A stretch of 64,000 bases of DNA from a virus. The position numbers were made by a program, and so were the translations under genes. The notes below the pieces were generated by a model. That model searched no databases and was not told the DNA's origin. It worked only from the letters and a program-made list of their open reading frames with translations. The stretch lies in IMG/VR virus record IMGVR_UViG_3300048997_000353, positions 32,001 to 96,000 of that record. The stretch is one strand, 5' to 3'. The first letter of the stretch is position 1; each line of letters begins with the position of its first letter. Positions 37,575-46,566 of the stretch are shown piece after piece.

Positions 37575-37603
37575 GTTATACGCCTAGACGTAAAAAGAGT
37601 CAA
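37575..37603 (-). promoter_or_regulatory. Sigma70 promoter driving the HTH-RHH-array-RAMP unit
   Basis: TTGACT-17 nt-TATAAC. Confidence 0.75.
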
Positions 37604-37638
37604 ATGCTATTATTCGCGCTCACACGGAGGACCGATTC

Positions 37639-38201
37639 GTGCCCAAGATCAAGTACAGAGAATTCAAGTTCCGGCCCGCCACGCTCGCGATGATTAAGAA
37701 GGCGAACGAAATTATTGCGGAGTACGCCGCGCAAGGCTTTGATTTGACGCTCCGGCAAATGTACTACCAGTTCGTTTCATGCAGAACACGCGCGGCGGGC
37801 AGAAGCCAATCGTGTTTCATTTCGGGGATATGGACCCAAGCGGACGAGATATGAGTCGAGATATTGTCGATCGACTGGAACTGTTCACGCGCAGCGAACT
37901 TAGGTTCGAACGCCTGGCGCTCAACATGGACCAGGTGCGGCAGTATAATCCTCCACCCAATCCTGCGAAGATCACTGATTCGCGGGCCAATGGCTATATC
38001 GCTGAATTCGGCGGTGAGTCCTGGGAACTGGATGCGCTGGAACCGGCCGTGCTCGAAGCTTTGGTGCGCAACGCGATCGAGTCCGTCGTCGATCAGGATT
38101 TAATGGATGAAGCGATGGAAGAACAAACCAAGCACCGGAAAACATTGGAGCTGATTGCTTCGAAATTCCAGAAGGTCGAAAGGTTGGTGAACCGGCCATG
38201 A
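37639..38201 (+). pseudogene. Topo VI-A/Toprim-like phage protein with internal deletion and frameshift
   Basis: The N-terminal LTLRQMYYQFVS joins out of frame to HFGDMDPSG...ERLALN...WELDAL; the central EK-containing Toprim segment is missing. Confidence 0.65.
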
Positions 38202-38947
38202 AAATTTACTTGGTAACGCAAGGCGAGTATTCGGACTATCAGATTCTTGGCGCGTTCAGCACTGAGGAAAAAGCTCAACAATTTGCTGCTGGCCACGGAA
38301 CCATCGAACCATTTGAAGTGGATGACCCAGAGAATGATCTTCGGGGATTCCGCACGATGTGGTGTATTAACATTTATTTGGAAACCGGGAACATGCATCA
38401 CCCGTTTGGTGGTCCACAACAAGGCGCATGGGAGAGAGTCTTTAGAGAAGTATAGTGCCCGTGGCATGGTGGAATTCTACATGGGTTGTCTTGCGCCAAA
38501 TGAACCCCCAATAGCTAAGGCCTATTCTTTTGTTTCGGCAGACCATGCCAAAAAACTTGCCGCAGAAGCAAGGCAAGCATGGCTGCGGATGGGTTCACCA
38601 AAAGCAGTCTGGGACAAGCACGACAATGGAACGACTGTTTACAACGGAGTAAAAACCCAGGCAATAACAGACGAACTCAGACAAGCCATGCTGCCAGTGA
38701 TTCTCACAGATTAGGCAGGATCAGGCGCAGGATCTGGCGCAGTAATATCGCGCACGTAGACAACCTCACTGCCATTGAACGACATTCTGCCGACTTCTTT
38801 TAGACACACCTGAAACTCTCGCATTGCGATTCTCCTTTGAAGGCTTCTTGCATTTGTGGGATTGGCCAGATGTGACGAGGACGCCACACAGCGGGCAGTT
38901 CATGTCCATACCGAGAATCGTGAGGACGCAGGTTGCGTACTTTATTT

Positions 38948-39373
38948 TTACTCGCATAATCCCAATTTTCGGATGGCCAGCTCGACATTGGCCGACGTGA
39001 GTCCCGTGGCCCATTTCGTGAGAACCAGGTGTCCCATGAGCGGCTCCATGCACTGATCATCGTCGAGGATGGCGAAGCGTTCGATCTCGAGCTTGGTTTC
39101 CAGTAGCCATTCGTGGATCTCGATCCCGCGCGCAAGGCCGTGAGGATAGCAGGTCTTGCCCATCACCGGAGCCGTCACGCCCCACTCGACAAGGATTTTC
39201 TCGATATCGTCGAACACGCGCCAGGTCGAGCTCACCACAATCTGGGCGCCGGTCGCATGTGTGATTTGATTGAGCAGCTTGACCAGTTCGGGATCGGCCT
39301 TGCGCACGCCGTACTTGCGCGCGGACGCATTACTGATGAGCACCCCGTCGATATCGAGAAATAGAATTTTCAC
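38948..39373 (-). CDS. HAD-superfamily protein (HAD_SAK_2-like)
   Basis: ILFLDIDGVL, VVSSTWR, RGIEI, AILDDD. Confidence 0.85.
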   Translation of the reverse strand: MKILFLDIDGVLISNASARKYGVRKADPELVKLLNQITHATGAQIVVSSTWRVFDDIEKILVEWGVTAPVMGKTCYPHGLARGIEIHEWLLETKLEIERFAILDDDQCMEPLMGHLVLTKWATGLTSANVELAIRKLGLCE

Positions 39374-41091
39374 GGCATGAACACCTCTGGATGATGCAAG
39401 GCAACCACTCTTCTTTTGTGGCCACAGCGCAGACACTTGGTTCCATCCATGTCGTGCCTGATGAAATTGCCCACCGCACTCATGCACCTGCGTCGCTTGG
39501 CGCGAAACTGTGCTTTGCCGCCAGGCAGCGGCCGGCGAGCCTTTCTTGCAGCGATTGCCATACGTTCAACGTAGCGCATCATTCCTCCCGAAAGTTAGAT
39601 CCACCGGCCGCGCGGGCCACGCGCAAACGCTTCCCATCTTCGGCGCTCCGCGACAGCCAAGGGCTCGTCATGATAAAACGCAAGCAATCCTCCACACTCC
39701 CCGCATTCCCAGCCCAACGCGGCAAAGCTGCCATGGAATTTCTGTTGCCATGTGTCGCACTGGCAGAAGCAACAAAGATGCCTGCGGCACTCTGTCCGGA
39801 ACGTCATGGTAAAGCGTACTCAAAAATAAGCCTCTGCATTTCCATGTAAATTGCGACTGGAACCAAAACGGCAAGCGGTTCCTGCCTGTATAAAATCAGC
39901 ATAGGTTCATCGAGTTGGCGAAGCCGCTGCGCGTTCATCACTTGCAGCACCGAAACAGGCAACGTCCGCTTGGGAATGAATCGGAGATGATCTTTGTCCG
40001 ATGATTCAGTTTGGTCCATTCAATCCCCGATCTCTGCGATGTGCTCGCAGAGCAGAGTATCATTATCGGCACGTCTGAAAACTCGCCCATTACAGAACCC
40101 GCTCAGTTCCGGAAAATCTTCTTGTCGGAGAGGTTCAGGAATAATAGGAACCAGCTTGCCAGCGTTGTGAATAGCCCAGCGCCTGGCATGGTCGTCAACG
40201 CTATCGTGGTGCTCGTGTTCGATGGCGTGCAAGATTTGTGTGGCAGAGCGGAGTTTCACAAGCACCGTTTTGATTACGGTGTTTCCCTCGGCATGGGCAT
40301 CCACGCAGGTCCGTCCTCTCCCACCGTTTGGACCATGGTGAACTGAATCCCGCCTCGATCGTTCTTGAAAATGGCTTTGGCGCCGCGGCCGCATTGCTTG
40401 CAGACCGCGCCGGCGGTGTACGCTGCTTCTGTTTCGAGCACGCGATGGACGAGGAAATCAGGCTCGGCGCAAAATGGACACGGCACATGACAAGTTGTCT
40501 CGGCACCGATGCCGGAGAGCTTCTGATTGCTAAAAAACTTGGCTTCGTATTCTTCCCTGGAGGTGCAATCGCTCATGGTTTCACCCGCTTGGTCTCTCGC
40601 TCCACGATCTTTGAAACGCACGCCTTCTCCCCGAGTTTCCTTAAGCAAAATTTGCAAGTTACCCCTTCTCCGATATTCATGCCGTCTGAACCCGTTTGCA
40701 TTCGACCACAGAGCGTGGTTGTAAGCGTCCCGCCGAACGGACCTTTTCTAACGATTGACTTGTGGAGCACTACTCGGCGCTTAGCATAGGTCATCATTTC
40801 ACAGCCTTCTCTCTGTCATCGGTTATGCACCTTGGGCGTTGTGAAGACCCGATACTGCCCCCAGCATTCGCGCGGCCACTCAATAAGTTCCCCTAGTTCG
40901 ACCATCCGGTCCACGCACGCGACTTGCTCCCATGCGCAAATGCCAGCCTCCTCCAATCTGAAGGCCCCCGCCTTTTTCAGCAGTTCGTTCACCTGATCGC
41001 GTACCCTGATAAATATTCTTTGGCCCGGCTCGGTGAAAAGATACTCGCGCTCTGCTTTGTAGTCGTAACTCATTTTCCCTCCACCTGTTTC

Positions 41092-41661
41092 TCATGATTG
41101 CGCCCTGACCGGCGACAGCTTGCCCCGCTGAAACGATTCAATCCACTCCCGCACTTTACTCTTGCCCGGCGGCAGAGGAACGACTGCAACAAAATAAAAG
41201 AAGATCACTACCCCAAGACACCACAGCACGTTCTCGGTAAATACAGCCAGCCTGTGCTCTGTTACCCAGATTAATTTCACGGTGTACCGTGCCGTGAAAG
41301 ATATCCACAGCAGCCGCCAAAACAATCCGTAGCGTATTGATGCTGCAATGCCTTTGGGTAGTGTGTCCGCTCCCGATTGGACATGCCGGTCGGCCTCATC
41401 GCAAAGCTTGCCGTCATGTGCCAGAAGAACAATCACAAAAGCAGTAAGCGCGGCATTAATGATGCTGGGCCGATCCGCCGACAGCTTTAGGAAATAATCG
41501 GCAAGATTGAACACGCCAGAACAAAACGTGATGAATCTTCCTTGCTTGGCGATGAAATAAGTTGTCCGTCCGGTCAACCGCTGAAACCAGTGCGCGAACG
41601 TGGTGCATCTGGCAAGGATCCAATTATCCGTAACACGGAAAGGATTCATCATTCGTCCCAC
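41092..41661 (-). CDS. Membrane protein
   Basis: Several hydrophobic segments. Confidence 0.55.
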   Translation of the reverse strand: MGRMMNPFRVTDNWILARCTTFAHWFQRLTGRTTYFIAKQGRFITFCSGVFNLADYFLKLSADRPSIINAALTAFVIVLLAHDGKLCDEADRHVQSGADTLPKGIAASIRYGLFWRLLWISFTARYTVKLIWVTEHRLAVFTENVLWCLGVVIFFYFVAVVPLPPGKSKVREWIESFQRGKLSPVRAQS

Positions 41662-42447
41662 TCATTCAGCTTTTTTGAGAGTTGGCGTTCGAGCTTTTGC
41701 ATTTGCGCGATTTCGGGAACCAAATCTTCTTCGTAATGAAGTTGAATTACTGAAGCTGCTGTTGACCATCCGTGAATCTTTGAATACTCTCGCGGTAGAA
41801 ATTCGGTCATTTTCATGATTCTCCTTGTGGAAATGCTGTTCCAATTCCTTGGGCTCAGGATTGGACGCGAAATAATGCCAGTTCGCTAGGACAGCGGCCG
41901 CGGTGATCAGATGGTGCATGAACTTGCCATCGTCGCCGGCGCGCTGCGCGTGCAATGCTTTCCCGGCAAGATAACCGATCACCCAGAACCATTCTTCCGG
42001 CCCTTTCGCGCGGTCCTGTTCGATCCCCCAGCGGGTGAGTTGGTGTGCGGCCTCGATCTTGACGCCTGCCAGGAAGTCGTTAATCTCCGGTCGGTTGAGT
42101 AACTCGCGAAGTGCCTGGCAATCTTCCCGGTCACAAGGATACTTGCCCAATTTTGGAATCATCTGGCGCCTGCGAGTGAGCGGGTCATTTCCCTCGTTAA
42201 TCGTATTCCGTAAATCGCTCGCCTCGTTACGCGCATCGGCAAGAGAAAGCTCGGGATATTTTCCGATGGTGTACCGGCGTTCGCGCTGGTTGATGCGATA
42301 GTTCAGCACGAAGGAGATGGCACCGCCGGCCGTCACTCGCACAGCGAATCCGCGCACAGAGTCCTTCCCGTCATAGAAATACAATTTATTTCCCTTCGCC
42401 GGACGCGGCAATTTCGGGATTGTTTTTTCACTTATGAGAACGCTCAT
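41662..42447 (-). CDS. Integrase Arm-type DNA-binding domain fused to an unrelated helical domain
   Basis: GFAVRVTAGGAISFVLNYR...RRYTIGKYPELSLADAR...GNDP; no tyrosine recombinase catalytic motifs follow. Confidence 0.75.
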   Translation of the reverse strand: MSVLISEKTIPKLPRPAKGNKLYFYDGKDSVRGFAVRVTAGGAISFVLNYRINQRERRYTIGKYPELSLADARNEASDLRNTINEGNDPLTRRRQMIPKLGKYPCDREDCQALRELLNRPEINDFLAGVKIEAAHQLTRWGIEQDRAKGPEEWFWVIGYLAGKALHAQRAGDDGKFMHHLITAAAVLANWHYFASNPEPKELEQHFHKENHENDRISTARVFKDSRMVNSSFSNSTSLRRRFGSRNRANAKARTPTLKKAE

Positions 42448-42713
42448 ACAACCTCCCGTCACGGACCGTTAGCATCGCGGCAAACCGGACACATCCCGTC
42501 CACGCCAGGCAGTAAATTCCGGGGCAAGATCGTCCATTCCGTGTGCGTCAAAAAGACAAAAGGGAAATGGGTTTGGGAGGTCCACCAGTGAGAGGGAGAC
42601 ACATCCCCATCTGTATCGAGCACAATCTTCCGTTGAAGGTCCGGCACCGCACCCGATACCAGCGACCGTCTGCCTCGCGGCCGGCCAGGGGAACGGTTCT
42701 CCGCTCATCCTGA

Positions 42714-43691
42714 TTATTCCTCCAGTTTCATCGCGCGCTTGCCGCCGATCACCGGCCCAGGCGCACTCGGTTGTGCTTTCTGTTGCGGTTCGGCCTTCGT
42801 AGCGCACACAACACACATGTACACCACGGCGGGATCTGTTCCAACTGGCACGTTCAGCATGACGCCACACTTGAAACAGTTGGCGTTATACTGCGGCACT
42901 GGCATTGGCCGGTTGTATGCCCCATTTTGCCAGGGATTCCACCGCTTCTGTTCGCATTCCGGGCATACGAAGTTCGCGCCCGAGGTCCACCAAGCCGGTG
43001 CGGGTTGCGGTCTCTTACATTCGACGCAGTAACAGTACTGTGGATAGACCGTAAAGTTTCCGCTGGTCGGATACACCGGATCGGTCGGACCAGGCCGGTT
43101 GTCAACGGTCACCGAACCGTCTGGGTTTATATACCATGTTCTGCTTGGGTACACTGGCTCACTTGCTACGACTGTAACAACTCCAGTGGACCTGGATAGC
43201 TCCTGCAGAAGATTACCGGTTTCACTCAGTTCCTCTGGATTCCAAAGAATTAAACATTTTGTTTCGAGGGACGCTATTGTTGGTAGAAGTCCCCAACCGG
43301 GAGACCTCAATTGTGGGCGCAAGAAATCCGAGATCACACTCGGGTCCATCCTTTGAGTTTCATCAAAAATCAGCAAACCGGGCGGCGCCGTGCGAATCAA
43401 ATCGCAGATATCACGTGCATTTTGGACCCCGACGAAACGGAATTGGTTGATCCAGTCGGTGGTACTGGACGCCAATTGCGAAAGCTGCCACTTCATTTGC
43501 TGCACCATGTTAAAGCCTGAAGGTAAATACCAAACGGGCAGACCATCAGAAATTCGGCTGAGAGTTTGAGCCGCGGCGACCCAAGTCTTTCCCGATCGAC
43601 GTGGGCCCACAAACATGCGTAGGGCAGACTGAGACACCAGGATCTCAGCTTGCTTGAGCGTGGCACTGCTTAAATTGAGATTGAACATCAC
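42714..43691 (-). CDS. P-loop NTPase with C-terminal Zn ribbons
   Basis: GPRRSGKT Walker A, LIFDE Walker B, four CxxC motifs. Confidence 0.7.
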   Translation of the reverse strand: MMFNLNLSSATLKQAEILVSQSALRMFVGPRRSGKTWVAAAQTLSRISDGLPVWYLPSGFNMVQQMKWQLSQLASSTTDWINQFRFVGVQNARDICDLIRTAPPGLLIFDETQRMDPSVISDFLRPQLRSPGWGLLPTIASLETKCLILWNPEELSETGNLLQELSRSTGVVTVVASEPVYPSRTWYINPDGSVTVDNRPGPTDPVYPTSGNFTVYPQYCYCVECKRPQPAPAWWTSGANFVCPECEQKRWNPWQNGAYNRPMPVPQYNANCFKCGVMLNVPVGTDPAVVYMCVVCATKAEPQQKAQPSAPGPVIGGKRAMKLEE

Positions 43692-43775
43692 TGGTCTGAT
43701 TCTCCGGTAGTCGTGGCGGCCGCAATGGGGGTAGAGACCGCCACGTTTATTCCCAGACGCGCCATTTGCGCGAGA

Positions 43776-44924
43776 CTAGCACATTTCTAAAACAACCGCG
43801 TGCATAACTCGTCCGTCCAGTTCCACGACTTCACCGACAAAGCGATCGGCCGTAACCCCGAAGATGCTGACATGCGGTTCGCCGTTGGACGATTTGTGGT
43901 TATAAATCAAATTGGATTTGAAGGGAAGCCCCAGAACTTTTTGCACGGCTGCGATGGCGTTGTCTGGCTTGTACTGGAACACACTCGCCTCATCCTTGCC
44001 CCGCAACAGTTCTGTTCCCATCCGTTTGACCGAATCCTTGTGAATGGCTTCCCAAGACAATGGCAGATCGAATAGCTCCACCGTCTTGCAGCCCTGTTCG
44101 GTAATGAGTGCCAGGCCCGCCTGATTTTCGTGCAACCGCGCCTTGGACAGCACGGCATCGAAACTCTTGGCGAACGCGTCGAAGTTCTGTTTGAGATTGT
44201 CTGATTGGAATGCAGACCCAGACGGCGGAATGGAATCTTCCACCGGAGGGATATATGGTTCGTCGCCAAACCGGATGCCGCGGTTGCTGCCCATGGCCAC
44301 GGGACGCGTATGGCCTGACAACGATCGCGTTGGAGTTGCATTCATCATTCTGGTTCGCATGCGTCCCGGAAGGTCCGGAAGGCGGGATTTCTGATAAACG
44401 CCCGTGGTTGATCCAAGAGGCATGGACACAGAACCCGTGTAGGTTTCCACGGCGTCCCACATGGTTCGTTGATCGGAAGAGGCGTAGCCACTCGTGTAGG
44501 TTCTCGAGTCCAAGTCGAGCGGCGTGATCCCACCGTATTTGAACTCGGCGCCCGGATGAATTCCATGCGTGGCATGAATGCACCGCACGTTCAGGCCAAC
44601 TTCCATTCCAGGATACAGAATGGCAGAACGGGTAAGCGCACGCGTCTGTGTGCCCTTACCTTCAAAGATGGTGCCGGAACGGACAAACACGTTTTTCTTT
44701 GACGTGTTTTTGAGATTCACTTTGTTGATGCTGCCAGAGTCATGAATCAGGACTTCTTCAGTTTCCGGCATGGTGATGTACTGCCGTTCCTGGGACGTGA
44801 CCCGCAGAATGGGAAGGATGCAAACGAGTGAATTATCGGACGGCCGGTCCGGTTCACCGAATTTGAATCCAAACTCTTGTTCAGAAACAGTTTTGAAAAT
44901 GGAATCGACAGAAAGGGTGAGCAT
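43776..44924 (-). CDS. DUF6569/ARPP-1-like protein
   Basis: N.SKKNVFVRSG.IFEG..QTR...VRC and QRTMWDAV motifs. Confidence 0.65.
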   Translation of the reverse strand: MLTLSVDSIFKTVSEQEFGFKFGEPDRPSDNSLVCILPILRVTSQERQYITMPETEEVLIHDSGSINKVNLKNTSKKNVFVRSGTIFEGKGTQTRALTRSAILYPGMEVGLNVRCIHATHGIHPGAEFKYGGITPLDLDSRTYTSGYASSDQRTMWDAVETYTGSVSMPLGSTTGVYQKSRLPDLPGRMRTRMMNATPTRSLSGHTRPVAMGSNRGIRFGDEPYIPPVEDSIPPSGSAFQSDNLKQNFDAFAKSFDAVLSKARLHENQAGLALITEQGCKTVELFDLPLSWEAIHKDSVKRMGTELLRGKDEASVFQYKPDNAIAAVQKVLGLPFKSNLIYNHKSSNGEPHVSIFGVTADRFVGEVVELDGRVMHAVVLEMC

Positions 44925-45288
44925 CAGGTTCTCCTGTTCCGAGGATTCTTCCCCGGTTAAATTTGAGTACGCCGCGCAGCGTATCAGGCTTTGACAGCTT
45001 TGTCAGTAGGAAATAATTCGGGATGGGCTAGGCGCACCTTGGCAACCTGAATGGCCAGCGCTGCAATAAATTCTTCGAGCGGCCGTTCAAAATCCTTCTT
45101 ATCCAAGAAAAATGTTTGGCAGAAGTCCAGATTCGGATCAATCCACAGGTGTAACCCGAGCCGGTCCTGCCATCCGTCATGGTCATTGCCGTACTGATTA
45201 TAGGTAATGGAATGATGACGAGTTTCGAGGCGTTCACCGGGCGGAAATGCCAGTTCAATTCTTTTCATGAATTCCAACAGCTTGTCTC

Positions 45289-45621
45289 TCATCGGTCTCC
45301 TTGTGTGATCCAGTGTTTGATTCCTACAGCGTCGTGGATACCCAGCTTTGCAAAAATGTTTTGCTTGTGATTCCGGACGGTCTGATAGGCGATGCCCAGC
45401 GTTTCTGCGATATGTTTTTCCTGCATCCCATCGGCCACAAGCTGAGCCACCTGCAACTCGCGCGCGGTCAGTTTCCGGTTGGATTGGACTTCGCCATGAT
45501 TCTGGTGATTCCGTATAGTTTCAAACGTGGTATCCAGCAACTGGTTGAATTCACCAATCCCACGCGCCCGGGACCGACGATCCTCCGTGGCGCGTGTCTT
45601 GGCGCGACGACCGCTACTCAA
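45289..45621 (-). CDS. LuxR-type HTH regulator
   Basis: LTARELQVAQLVADG...IAETLGIAYQTVRNHKQNIFAKLG. Confidence 0.85.
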   Translation of the reverse strand: MSSGRRAKTRATEDRRSRARGIGEFNQLLDTTFETIRNHQNHGEVQSNRKLTARELQVAQLVADGMQEKHIAETLGIAYQTVRNHKQNIFAKLGIHDAVGIKHWITQGDR

Positions 45622-46001
45622 TTAAGCCGCCGTCGTTGTCTGTGCGACGCATTCACCGCACATCGCATCTGGTTCCTGTGGACAGTTCTCTGTGTGACAC
45701 GGCAAACGCCGGCAACAGCGCGGGCAGTGGTGATAATGGGTTTCAGGTGGAGCGGCGTGTAGATCGGGAGTGAGATTCACGTCCCCTCCAATCGCTAAAC
45801 CCGTTGCGGCAACGCTGACATCCTTTTGATCTTCCATCTCTTCCTCCTTTTAGTGGTACTATCCGGACCGTCGATTGTTGAACAAAACTTGGCAGTTCTG
45901 GACAACAAAAAAAACGACAAAACACCATTCGCATTGCCGAAAGCTGCCTAACAACAGCGAGAGGGGCCGGATTCAAACCGGCCTCTTCGGTTTCCCACAG
46001 T

Positions 46002-46077
46002 GCTGCCGTAGCTCAATTGGTAGAGCCGACGATCTGTAATCGTCCTGTTTGGGGTTCAAGTCCTCACGGCAGCCCCA
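46002..46077 (+). tRNA. tRNA-Thr(UGU), atypical anticodon loop, opposite strand to its neighbours
   Basis: GCTGCCG...GACGA TCTGTAA TCGTC...TGGGG TTCAAGT CCTCA CGGCAGC C CCA. Confidence 0.8.
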
Positions 46078-46566
46078 CTTCATTGAGACACCTTGATTTC
46101 CTTTTGGAATCCGCACTCGTTGCAACGGTAAACCGTACCGATAAAAACCGTGCAACTCGAACTGCATTCCGGGCAAGCGGGCAGCAGGACAACCGGAATA
46201 TCTGACACCATCGGTGCGCTGGCCATCCAGGCAGTGCGTGCTTTCCATGCTCGCACAGCCTCGAGATGTTCTTCCTTCTTTCGGATTTGGCTGCGCGCCC
46301 ACCGCATTTTCTTGAGACAAGCTGGCGAACAATATTTGCGACGATTATCTTTCCGCTTATCGCAGATGGGACACAGACTGACCCAGATGGCATCCGGCGC
46401 CGGAACGTGCGGTTCCCATTCTGGCCAGAGTGGTTCGCCGCCCAGGAGCGAACGATCCGTTTTCAGCTCCCACATTTTTACCGGACAGTCGCTCAAGGTT
46501 TCATGCGGAAAGATTTGACCCCTTCGATCTCGTGGATGGCGGTGGCGAGCCGTTCGTATTCTTGGA

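Noticed and set aside
41662-42447. Functional integrase
   Set aside because: Only the arm-binding domain is present; no R-H-R-Y catalytic domain.
46002-46077. tRNA-Tyr(GUA) reading of the anticodon
   Set aside because: Centring GTA destroys the anticodon stem, and there is no long variable arm.
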